64,000 bases of DNA, taken from NCBI GenBank assembly GCA_002382735.1, contig DFZN01000043.1, forward strand, positions 35,543-99,542, read 5' to 3'. The stretch comes from a bacterium UBP11_UBA4055. Lineage in GTDB: Bacteria > UBA4055. The notes under the pieces were generated by a model. That model saw nothing but the letters and a program-made list of their open reading frames with translations, was not told the DNA's origin and did no database searches. The translations under genes were made by a program, and so were the position numbers. Shown in pieces: positions 28,345-36,673 of this stretch (positions are counted from its first letter, which is position 1; every line of letters starts with the position of its first letter).

Positions 28345-29393
28345 TTTTTCACCTCTCCTGATTCGCCGTAAGTGCTTATCTGTTCAAAATCGGATATGTC
28401 TTTTACAAGTTCGTTGGTGTATCTGATCATCAGTTTGCCGCTTTTGTAGTCAGAATGAGTTTCAAACTCCTGACCCGTTAAAAGTTTTACCATTCTCGCA
28501 GGCAGATTTATCCCGCATCCGGCCGGAAAATACACCCATGCAGGGAATCTCGGGTTTATCTCGAGCACATAAATGTCCTGAGTTTTGTTCTCCATGAGCA
28601 CTTCGAACTCGAACCCGCCGCGCCATTTCAGGCCGCTCACGACCTTTTTTGTAGCCTCGATCAGCCGCTCGTTCCTTATGCTGACGGCGTTCCATACCTT
28701 ACCGAGCTTGGTTATTGTCATCTTGCGGATAGCGAAAACGCCCATGTCGTTGCCTTTGCCGTCCCCGCAGCCTATCACATCGTATTCGTCGCCCTGAATG
28801 AACTTCTGGGCTATGATCGGGTAGCCCCATGCGGCCGCGATCTTGATAAAATAACCTTCAGCCTCGCCGGGTGAAGTCGCCTTGAACGCTTCATAGAACG
28901 GGCCTTTGACCATGCAGGGAAAACCGAGCTTCTCTGTGGCCTTGTGCAGGTCGGAAAGTGATGTGCAGCTTATGTATTCCGGTGCTTTCACGCCTATTTT
29001 TTCCGAAAGTTCTTTCAGTTTGAGTTTGTCCCTTAGTCTGAACATCTCCTTTGTGGGTATCAGCATCTTTATGCCCATTTCCACCAGCACCGGCTCGATA
29101 TCCATATAGATCGGAAGTTCGGCGTCTAAAGCTGAGATTATCACATCAAGGTTTTCTTTTTCGTGGATATCCCTGATACGCTCGATAAATGCTTCTTTAC
29201 TGCCTGACGGATATGGCATTATGTAACTTTTGTCTATTATGTGATCAAGATATATTCCAGGTTCAAGAGCGTCGTAGGCAAGACCGATCGCCCTGATCTC
29301 CATCCCGCTTTCCTTAAGCGCACGGCATATTCCGGCACCCGGCCCCGGATTGTCTATCGTATTAATTCCGCTCACCGCGACTGTTATTTTCAT
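28341..29393 (-). CDS. ATP-grasp ligase
   Basis: DKL, PCMVKG, QKFIQGDE, FEFE, LEINPRF. Confidence 0.9.
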   Translation of the reverse strand: MKITVAVSGINTIDNPGPGAGICRALKESGMEIRAIGLAYDALEPGIYLDHIIDKSYIMPYPSGSKEAFIERIRDIHEKENLDVIISALDAELPIYMDIEPVLVEMGIKMLIPTKEMFRLRDKLKLKELSEKIGVKAPEYISCTSLSDLHKATEKLGFPCMVKGPFYEAFKATSPGEAEGYFIKIAAAWGYPIIAQKFIQGDEYDVIGCGDGKGNDMGVFAIRKMTITKLGKVWNAVSIRNERLIEATKKVVSGLKWRGGFEFEVLMENKTQDIYVLEINPRFPAWVYFPAGCGINLPARMVKLLTGQEFETHSDYKSGKLMIRYTNELVKDISDFEQISTYGESGEVKK

Positions 29394-29402
29394 ATTAGCC
29401 GC

Positions 29403-29648
29403 CTAAACAAGAAAATATTTTTTGAGATTTTCGACAAAATCCTGAATATCGACAGTTACTTCATCGTCGGAAGCCTCGAATTCATCCATGATCGCCGACT
29501 TTATCTCATCCTCTTCCTTACCCGCCTTCAGAAGCTCAAGGATCTTAAGCCCGGTCGCGTTAGCTGTGTACGAATGACCCGTCACAGGATCGAAAATGAA
29601 GCCGCTGTCGCTTATTGCAAGTACCGATAATTTGTCTCTGTCCATCAT
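29403..29648 (-). CDS. Stand-alone PqqD/RRE-family protein
   Basis: 81 aa; beta-strands FIFDPVTGHSYTANATGLKILELL then helices EIKSAIMDEFE..EVTVDIQDFVENL, the PqqD wHTH pattern. Confidence 0.85.
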   Translation of the reverse strand: MMDRDKLSVLAISDSGFIFDPVTGHSYTANATGLKILELLKAGKEEDEIKSAIMDEFEASDDEVTVDIQDFVENLKKYFLV

Positions 29649-29740
29649 AAATTCTCCGATAGATTTTTCACAGGTGAACGGAACGCCGGGGTATTTATTT
29701 CACATACCGCCTGATCTGCTGCTTTTTTCAACAGCTTGAT

Positions 29741-29769
29741 AATATACTAATGAAAATCGGTTTTATCAA
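29741..29769 (-). promoter_or_regulatory. Promoter of the PqqD/ATP-grasp operon
   Basis: Minus strand TTGATA-17 nt-TATATT; ~86-nt leader. Confidence 0.6.
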
Positions 29770-29827
29770 TTAAAATAGATTCGGTGAATAAGTAATAACG
29801 ATCATATCCAACATCGAAAATATCTGA

Positions 29828-30250
29828 TTATTCTTTTATCAGATTCACTGTAAAAATATAATCAGTTTTAATTTCGCACTTTTTATTTTCGGTGTTAGTT
29901 ACGACTAACTTAAAAGCGATGTTTGTAGTCTTCTTTATCTTTATCAGTTCTTTTATCATCGAGATATTGAAGTGCCTAGTCGGTTCTTTGTTAGGATCGA
30001 TAAAAACGGTTCGCTTTAGAATTTCTTTACCATCATCCAAAAGGCAAACATCGATAGTTTTGAGCTTTAAATCCTTTTTATAATTTGTAGTTCTGAATAA
30101 AAAACTCAAAGGGAAAATCGCTTCACCTGTGAAATTTTTGCTGACTTTTGCATTTAACTCATTTACCAAACCAACAATTGTATGTTTGCCACCGATTTCA
30201 CTTCTTATATCGTCACAAACTATCACATCATTTAATTTAATATTTTCCAT
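29828..30250 (-). CDS. Beta-rich hypothetical protein (DUF6941-like), third gene of the TA operon
   Basis: VIVCDDIRSEIGGKHTIVG. The start at 30250 (SD GGAGA) overlaps the antitoxin 3' end by 14 nt. Confidence 0.7.
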   Translation of the reverse strand: MENIKLNDVIVCDDIRSEIGGKHTIVGLVNELNAKVSKNFTGEAIFPLSFLFRTTNYKKDLKLKTIDVCLLDDGKEILKRTVFIDPNKEPTRHFNISMIKELIKIKKTTNIAFKLVVTNTENKKCEIKTDYIFTVNLIKE

Positions 30251-30866
30251 TTTGATCTCCTGCGTTATAATCATTACTGCTTTCTTTTACCATCTTATAT
30301 TTCTGTTCCGTAACTATGTAACCATTTTCGCTAACAGCGATCAATGAAACAGCGGAAGCATTTGAAATCTCCGGACTTGCATATTTATTTCTTTCAACAA
30401 GATCGAACTTCTTCATCGCTGCCTCTTTGAATACAGCATCAGTATATTTTTTATCGAACTTACGGGCGGCTACATAAATGATCCATGGATAACTTCTTAT
30501 AACCCTTAACAGAGTTAATCCAATAGCTGAATAATTCAATCTGCTTTTCCACCTTGAGAGTGTGCGGACAGGCAATCCCAATGAATCTTCAATATCCTTA
30601 AGTTTTATATTCTTCTTATTAAAGAATTCAAGAATATTCTTTATTGAGCTTTGCTCAGATATTTTCTGAGCTTTTTCATATTCATCTGTGTAATTCAGCG
30701 TGAAGTTTATTTCATCACCGCATTTCTTGCATCTCAATATTTTTTCTTCAAACTCAACTATTTCACCGAAAGGCACATACTCTGTCTGCTTTTCAATTAC
30801 AGAAGTAAAACTTTCGTTTCCGCAGTAATTGCATTTGATATTTTTCCCATTCAGCTTCATAATCAT
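30237..30866 (-). CDS. MqsA-like antitoxin: Zn ribbon + XRE HTH + ~70-aa C-terminal extension
   Basis: CNYC...CKKC, LKDIEDSLGLPVRTLSRWKS, LLRVIRSYPW. Confidence 0.8.
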   Translation of the reverse strand: MIMKLNGKNIKCNYCGNESFTSVIEKQTEYVPFGEIVEFEEKILRCKKCGDEINFTLNYTDEYEKAQKISEQSSIKNILEFFNKKNIKLKDIEDSLGLPVRTLSRWKSRLNYSAIGLTLLRVIRSYPWIIYVAARKFDKKYTDAVFKEAAMKKFDLVERNKYASPEISNASAVSLIAVSENGYIVTEQKYKMVKESSNDYNAGDQNGKY

Positions 30867-30874
30867 TCCTTTCT

Positions 30875-31282
30875 TTAGATCAATCCCAGTTCGCGCAACT
30901 GCCTTCCCAGATCTGTTTCTTTTTTTCCGTAACCTTCATCATACTTCTTAAACGATTTTATAACCCATATTCCGGTATATTCTGAAAGATAAAACGCAAG
31001 ATAACCGTCAATAAACTTGTAAACGAACATATAAGAATCTACTTTCGGTGGCGGAGTTTCTGATGTCTTTTCCAAATCCCGGGTTTTGAGGTATTTCAAC
31101 TCTTTTATATTTAAATTTATGACCGCAGAGAATAATTCATTCTTATTATCGATACCGAAAACAGACTTTGCATCCTCAATAACCTTTGTCTTGATCTCTA
31201 CGGTATTTTTGCCATTCATTGCAAACTTACACGCTGTCTTCAATTTGCCGAATTCATAATATGGTCCCGATTTTGCCAACAT
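30875..31282 (-). CDS. MqsR/RelE-like toxin (putative)
   Basis: GPYY N-terminus, DSY, YLAF, VIKSFK; lies directly upstream of the Zn-HTH gene. Start is likely 31282. Confidence 0.65.
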   Translation of the reverse strand: MLAKSGPYYEFGKLKTACKFAMNGKNTVEIKTKVIEDAKSVFGIDNKNELFSAVINLNIKELKYLKTRDLEKTSETPPPKVDSYMFVYKFIDGYLAFYLSEYTGIWVIKSFKKYDEGYGKKETDLGRQLRELGLI

Positions 31283-31294
31283 TTCTTCCCGTTT

Positions 31295-31336
31295 ATACAC
31301 GGAATGTATTATAATGATACACAACACGAAATGCAA
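31295..31336 (-). promoter_or_regulatory. Consensus promoter of the TA operon with overlapping palindrome
   Basis: TTGCAT-17 nt-TATAAT (31336-31308); palindrome ATACA-cggaa-TGTAT at 31295-31309. Confidence 0.75.
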
Positions 31337-31514
31337 GAAGATTTATTAATTTCTTTTTGGCGGCGGGAAACAAATTGTGGCGACAGTGTATCTACAATCG
31401 TATATTACTTGAAATATTTATTACTTATATAAAGTCTAACTTACTAAGAACAACCTACCCCAACACATAACCCGCAAGGATCTTCTGCACTTCATAAATA
31501 TGATACTTTTCCCT

Positions 31515-31557
31515 TTGACTTTACAGAGGATTTACTTTAAATTGATACTGTAAAAGT
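31515..31557 (+). promoter_or_regulatory. Promoter of the DUF4365-like cassette, framed by an inverted repeat
   Basis: TTGACT-17 nt-TAAATT; TTTACAG (31520-31526) / CTGTAAA (31548-31554). Confidence 0.55.
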
Positions 31558-31579
31558 GAAAAAGAGAATAAAATAAACC

Positions 31580-32095
31580 ATGATGACTGAACAACATATA
31601 AAAGAAGCAATCTCTAAGAAATTTATAGGCTTAATTGCTTCAAAGTGCGGATATTCTACCTCTGAACCTTCTCAAGATTACGGTAGAGATTTATCAATTG
31701 TTGAAGTTGGTATCAGGAACGAAAATAATAAATCCAGATATTCTGAAACCGGTAGAGAACTTAAATTTCAACTTAAGGCTACAACTGAAAATTCTGTAAT
31801 TGTATCAGACGATAATCTTAAATATGATCTGGAAGCAAAAAATTACAACGATCTAATTATGAGACGCAATACGAAAAGTCCGCTTATTCTTGTGCTTTTT
31901 ATACTCCCGACAAATCAGACTGAGTGGCTGATTGTGTCAGAAAACGAACTAATTTCAAAAAAATGTGCTTATTGGTATATTCCTCAACAAAACGAAGCAA
32001 CAACAGAAAACACCGATACTAAACGAATCGTAATTAATAAAAACAATCTTGTAAATCCTGAGTCATTAAATCAACTGTTTGAAGAGTACGCATGA
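31580..32095 (+). CDS. DUF4365-like PD-(D/E)xK nuclease-fold protein
   Basis: DYGRD, FQLKAT, YDLEAKNYNDL, PLILVLFILP, CAYW. Confidence 0.85.
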   Translation: MMTEQHIKEAISKKFIGLIASKCGYSTSEPSQDYGRDLSIVEVGIRNENNKSRYSETGRELKFQLKATTENSVIVSDDNLKYDLEAKNYNDLIMRRNTKSPLILVLFILPTNQTEWLIVSENELISKKCAYWYIPQQNEATTENTDTKRIVINKNNLVNPESLNQLFEEYA

Positions 32096-33189
32096 TGAAT
32101 AACGAAATCATTTACAAAAATATTAACGATTTACTTTCGGGCAGAAATTGGACTTTGGCTGATACGAAAAGTAAATACGACATTTATTTACCTCCGCAGG
32201 ATTTGAACTTTGAAAACAGCTATAAGTTATTTCTATACAATAAACCCGATTTCTCAGATTACGAATCCGAGATAATAAAAATTCTTGAAATATTATCCCA
32301 AATATATAAAGAAGACCCTGACGAATTGGCTTCGATAGTAATTGAGGACCGTCAGATATTATCTTTGCATATCTCAGATGACGACAAACTGGATGAAAGA
32401 CCAAGCATACCATTTTTCGATAATTTAATCCATAAGGCTAAAGAGCTGCTTCAGGAAAATGCGAATTTTACTGTCATGCAACAGGCACACCTCTTTGACA
32501 GATGCGAAGAATCCGAAAGATACCTGAATTACTGCAACTTTTTCAAAAATGATAAAGGTAGTTTAATAACCAAGATTCAGCTCCCTAACAAAGAAGAAAT
32601 AAAAGAAAGCAATCTTTTTAACAAACCTATTACCGGCAACTCTATAAACAACAGACTAATGCAAATAACTAAATTCATTAATGACAAAATAATTACAGCT
32701 GACAATTATGAGCCGGATGATGCATTTCTATTAAAAAATCAGGATAATATCAGTGTTAATGTGTCAGGGAAATTAAGAGAACTCTATCTCGGCGTAGATT
32801 TAGCCGACATGGAAATAACACTTAACAGCACAGAGAAAAAACAAACTACTTTTGTAAAGAATCTTACTAAAGACAGCGTAGAAAATTTAAATAAATTCTC
32901 GAAAGTAATACGGGAAAGAATGAAAGAAATATTAGACGATCAGTTTGTAGGAAAAGTAGTCAAACTGGAATCTAAAGATATCGAAAGCGACAAAAATAAA
33001 GTCTATGTTTTAGCTGAAATCAAAAAGATAAAAAAGAATGTACTCGTTTATCTTGACTCTGACGATTATCAAACAGCCATAGAGGCGCACAAAAACAATA
33101 AATCCGTATTAGTAAACGGAACAATTGAAAAAGAAAAAACTCAATACAAAGTCACAGAGCTAAAATCGTTCAAAAAACTCTCGGAATAA
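32092..33189 (+). CDS. Hypothetical protein coupled to the DUF4365-like gene (365 aa)
   Basis: ATGA overlap with the upstream stop; C-terminal OB-like strands FVGKVVKL...DYQTAIEAHKNNKSVLVNG. Confidence 0.8.
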   Translation: MMNNEIIYKNINDLLSGRNWTLADTKSKYDIYLPPQDLNFENSYKLFLYNKPDFSDYESEIIKILEILSQIYKEDPDELASIVIEDRQILSLHISDDDKLDERPSIPFFDNLIHKAKELLQENANFTVMQQAHLFDRCEESERYLNYCNFFKNDKGSLITKIQLPNKEEIKESNLFNKPITGNSINNRLMQITKFINDKIITADNYEPDDAFLLKNQDNISVNVSGKLRELYLGVDLADMEITLNSTEKKQTTFVKNLTKDSVENLNKFSKVIRERMKEILDDQFVGKVVKLESKDIESDKNKVYVLAEIKKIKKNVLVYLDSDDYQTAIEAHKNNKSVLVNGTIEKEKTQYKVTELKSFKKLSE

Positions 33190-33216
33190 ATCGGTAAAAT
33201 AAAACCCAAGAGACGC

Positions 33217-34449
33217 ATGGATCAGACAGAAAAACCTACTTTTTTAATCAATCCCGACAGGTTCAGATATCAGCTTGAACGGTATAATATGTCTGTTCCG
33301 GAATTTCTAATTCTGATCAACGAGGACAGGACGAGAGATGTTTATACAAAAGAGGATATTGACGATTATCTGAACGGGAAAGCTAAAGTCAACGAAAGGT
33401 TCTTATCAAGGTTTGATAAAATATTTGAATCTGGCCTCTCATGGGTGATCTCGAACAGAGCTTTGCCGGACAAAATGAAAATGAGCATTTTCTTTAGAAA
33501 AGACACCTTCAATTCTGAACTCAATCTTGAATCGAGAAAGAAGATTGCGCAGTTCGAGGAACTCAAGACAGAAATAAGCATAATGACCAAGCAGATCGGC
33601 TTTAAATCTGAGCGCAAACTAAAACAATTTACCTGTGAAGATAATCCCAAATCAGTTGCGCTTGAAATAAGAGAAGAATTCGACAAAGCTATTGAGCTTC
33701 TAAAGAAAGAAAAAGAGATCAATAAGCACAGGGACGAGAAAGATTATCTGAAAAACCTCATATCCGCCTGCGAATATTTCAACATCTTCGTATTTGAATT
33801 CATTGACAGAAGCAGAACGCCGGGGAACGATATCCGCTTTAACGGTTTTTACACTCATCCGAACATCATAGCCATAAAAAGAAATCAGAATTACATGAAA
33901 AGGGAGATCTTCACTCTCGCCCACGAACTCGCGCATTATCTCATCAATGCCGAAGAAATAGATGAAGTCATTGAATCATTCGTCAAAGGTAAAACCGAAA
34001 GATGGTGCAACGATTTCGCATTTCATTTCCTACTCGGAAAACACATAAATACATTCAATGCACTACCTGAAGCTACAAGCGAGAACAATTTTCACAGAAC
34101 CACTATTAAACAATTATCTGAGCAAACATACCTGAGTGAATACGCATTCTACACACGCCTGAAAATCGAAAACAAAATATCAGATTCCGATTATAATGAT
34201 AAAAAGAATCAGATCGAAGCAGCCTTCAGAGCTACATTAGACGCGAAAAAAGCCCAGCAGGATTTACAGGATGAAATAGCAAAACTACAGGGAATCGATC
34301 AATTTAAATCCGGCCCCAAAGAAATAAGATCAAAGCTTTTTGAAGAGATCGTCAAGCTCAATTACTTTCAGGGAAACATAAACGAAACACAGGCAAGAAA
34401 ATACCTGAAAGTAAGCAAAGATAAAACACTCGATGAGGTAATCTACTAA
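33217..34449 (+). CDS. ImmA/IrrE (M78) Zn-metallopeptidase with degenerate N-terminal HTH
   Basis: FNGF, FTLAHELAH (HExxH), ERWCNDFA. Confidence 0.9.
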   Translation: MDQTEKPTFLINPDRFRYQLERYNMSVPEFLILINEDRTRDVYTKEDIDDYLNGKAKVNERFLSRFDKIFESGLSWVISNRALPDKMKMSIFFRKDTFNSELNLESRKKIAQFEELKTEISIMTKQIGFKSERKLKQFTCEDNPKSVALEIREEFDKAIELLKKEKEINKHRDEKDYLKNLISACEYFNIFVFEFIDRSRTPGNDIRFNGFYTHPNIIAIKRNQNYMKREIFTLAHELAHYLINAEEIDEVIESFVKGKTERWCNDFAFHFLLGKHINTFNALPEATSENNFHRTTIKQLSEQTYLSEYAFYTRLKIENKISDSDYNDKKNQIEAAFRATLDAKKAQQDLQDEIAKLQGIDQFKSGPKEIRSKLFEEIVKLNYFQGNINETQARKYLKVSKDKTLDEVIY

Positions 34450-35018
34450 TGGCACAAATCCTCGTCATGGACACATCAAGCATAATTCACTATCTCCACT
34501 ATTACAGATTCGACAAGTTCCATTCAAAAGAAATCTATAACAAACTCAACAGCTTTATCTATCGAAAAATCACCGAAGGCAAAATCCATATAATAGATAA
34601 AGTATATGACGAACTACAAGACAGACTAGAAACAGCCGAAATTAAAAGAATTATACATCCTCATAAGAAATCCACACTTGATTTACTCCCCGAAGTTCAA
34701 GAACTCATTGAAAAATATAAAATACTCGGAATAGTAAGAACTCTCGCATCAGAAGAATTAGAGCTTGAGTTAACAAAATATGAAAACACAATAGCTGATC
34801 TCTTCCTCGTAGCTTACTGCAAAAAACTGCGAAGCCAAGGACACCAACCCATACTCATCAACGACGAAACAAGAAAAAGCGATAGAAAATTCATAGCTAA
34901 AATCCCCACAATCTGCATAGCAGAAGAAATCCGGTTTGAAAAAATCCCGGATGTACTCTTTGAAATATACAAAGACGAGCTTGAATTTAGTCTAGACAAA
35001 AACTTATTATTGAGGTAA
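34449..35018 (+). CDS. DUF4411-like PIN-domain protein
   Basis: MDTSSII, IIDKVYDEL, ADLFLVAY, INDE, KIPTIC; TAATG coupling to the peptidase. Confidence 0.85.
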   Translation: MAQILVMDTSSIIHYLHYYRFDKFHSKEIYNKLNSFIYRKITEGKIHIIDKVYDELQDRLETAEIKRIIHPHKKSTLDLLPEVQELIEKYKILGIVRTLASEELELELTKYENTIADLFLVAYCKKLRSQGHQPILINDETRKSDRKFIAKIPTICIAEEIRFEKIPDVLFEIYKDELEFSLDKNLLLR

Positions 35019-35021
35019 CTA

Positions 35022-35588
35022 TTGGAAAAAACAATAACTAAAGATAAGAATATGGAATTCCATTTGCTTGAATATCAGATGATATTTAACGATTTGGCAA
35101 GATATGATTCTCAAAGCCAAAAAAGTATAACTTTTTTCTCTATAATCATTACTGTGTTATTCTCCTACGGTATGAAGGAAAATATTAATGAAGTCTTCCT
35201 TGCGTTGCCTTTATTACTGATAATCTATTATTCTTTTTTATTAAATAACTCTTATGCCTATTTAATAAGAGAAAAGTACATAATGCAAATTGAAAATATG
35301 TTGTCAGAAAATTCTACTCACTTCTTTTCTGAAATTGTACAAAACTTGTATTATAATAAAAAGAAATTAAACTATCTTAATCCTTTCTCTTTCCTGATTA
35401 TTACAATAACTATAATATGCACTATTCTTATTTTTTTTTGCTTTTATAAAATCTCTAAATATTATACTTTCTCATCTTTACTCGTTTATTTTTGCTTACT
35501 AATAGCTTATATTTCTTGTTGCTGGTATATTTATAGAAAGTCTGTTTATAGGTTAAACAATATTTATAATATTAGAAAAAGGGGATAA
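35022..35588 (+). CDS. Small membrane protein with ~4 TM segments
   Basis: EY..IFNDL helix, two hydrophobic hairpins, REKYIMQIE linker; start is TTG 35022 or ATG 35052. Confidence 0.75.
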   Translation: MEKTITKDKNMEFHLLEYQMIFNDLARYDSQSQKSITFFSIIITVLFSYGMKENINEVFLALPLLLIIYYSFLLNNSYAYLIREKYIMQIENMLSENSTHFFSEIVQNLYYNKKKLNYLNPFSFLIITITIICTILIFFCFYKISKYYTFSSLLVYFCLLIAYISCCWYIYRKSVYRLNNIYNIRKRG

Positions 35589-35591
35589 AAA

Positions 35592-36167
35592 ATGAACAAA
35601 AAAAATACTTTCGATGACTTCGTAAACGCAGAAGTTGCAAAAACAAAAAAGCCTGAACATATAAAAGAAGACTGGGAGAAGAGAAAAAAAGACTGGGTAA
35701 AGCAGACGCAAGATTTTTTCCAAAAAATTAGGCTATGGCTTAAAGAATACACAGATTCTGGTAATATAAAATTAGAATCATCGGAAATAACAATTAATGA
35801 AGAGGAACTTGGCAGCTACAAGGTAGATGAGTTGAATATTGTAATTGGATCAAAAGTAGCAAAGTTAACACCGTATGGCACCATACTTATTGGTGCAAGT
35901 GGTAGAATCGACCTTACTTACGGGACAAATAAAATAAAATTTATTCTCACAAATAAAGATTTGAAAGGTATTGGGTTTACAACTAAAATATATTCAAATC
36001 AAGCCAAGGAAAAAATAGAGAAAGAAAATAAAGAAGAAGTAAAAAAAATGCAGAAGACTACTAATTTAGAGTGGAAAATTGCCACGGAACCACCTATTAT
36101 TACGTTTAAATCCTTAGATAAAGAATCATTCCTTAATGTGTTAATGGCTGCTATGGTTGAAAAATAA
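35592..36167 (+). CDS. Hypothetical protein (191 aa)
   Basis: Clean ORF with SD GGGGA; motif EEELGSY...LTPYGTILIGASGRIDL. Confidence 0.8.
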   Translation: MNKKNTFDDFVNAEVAKTKKPEHIKEDWEKRKKDWVKQTQDFFQKIRLWLKEYTDSGNIKLESSEITINEEELGSYKVDELNIVIGSKVAKLTPYGTILIGASGRIDLTYGTNKIKFILTNKDLKGIGFTTKIYSNQAKEKIEKENKEEVKKMQKTTNLEWKIATEPPIITFKSLDKESFLNVLMAAMVEK

Positions 36168-36666
36168 TATGAAGATAGATATCCTTGATTTTGATACAAT
36201 TGCGCAAATTTTTGAGTATAGAAAAAAAGCTTTAAATTTTTTATATAGTGAAACTAATCCTGAGTATACAACATTATTTTTAGGATTGTCGAGGTCTGAA
36301 ATACTGGAACAAAAGAAAAATGAAATCAAAGAAATAGAAAGAGATGCTTGTTTAAATATTATTGCATCCGTTGAAGCTCGTTTTATGGAAGACTTTAAAT
36401 TCAGAGTAAAAAGAAATAGGTCTAATAATATATTCAGAAATATATTGCCATTTGCTTCAAAGCCAGACAGAATACCAATTGATCACATTATTGATGCTTG
36501 GAAAGTGCAAGAAATAATTGCAAGTGGCATACTCTCAAGATTTAAAGGTGCGTACAAATATAGAAATTGGTTAGCTCATGGCAGACACTGGGCAAAACCT
36601 CAAGAGCATGATTTTTGGGATTTATATACTATTGCAATCTCAACTCGTTTACTACCATTGAACTAA
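36157..36666 (+). CDS. HEPN-domain protein (putative RNase)
   Basis: All-helical 169 aa with RNWLAH (R-x4-H); overlaps the upstream gene by 11 nt. Confidence 0.75.
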   Translation: MKNNMKIDILDFDTIAQIFEYRKKALNFLYSETNPEYTTLFLGLSRSEILEQKKNEIKEIERDACLNIIASVEARFMEDFKFRVKRNRSNNIFRNILPFASKPDRIPIDHIIDAWKVQEIIASGILSRFKGAYKYRNWLAHGRHWAKPQEHDFWDLYTIAISTRLLPLN

Positions 36667-36673
36667 AAATGAA

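Noticed and set aside
29645-29731. 28-codon TTG-start ORF (LKKAADQAVCEINTPAFRSPVKNLSENL) in the PqqD leader, stop overlapping the PqqD ATG; considered as a RiPP precursor
   Set aside because: No SD, weak start only ~4 nt from the predicted transcription start, and no leader/core pattern. Revisit only if conserved in homologous loci.
29649-29735. Possible riboswitch in the ~86-nt leader (CAGGCG...CACCTG pairing)
   Set aside because: No recognisable family consensus; needs an Rfam/Infernal search
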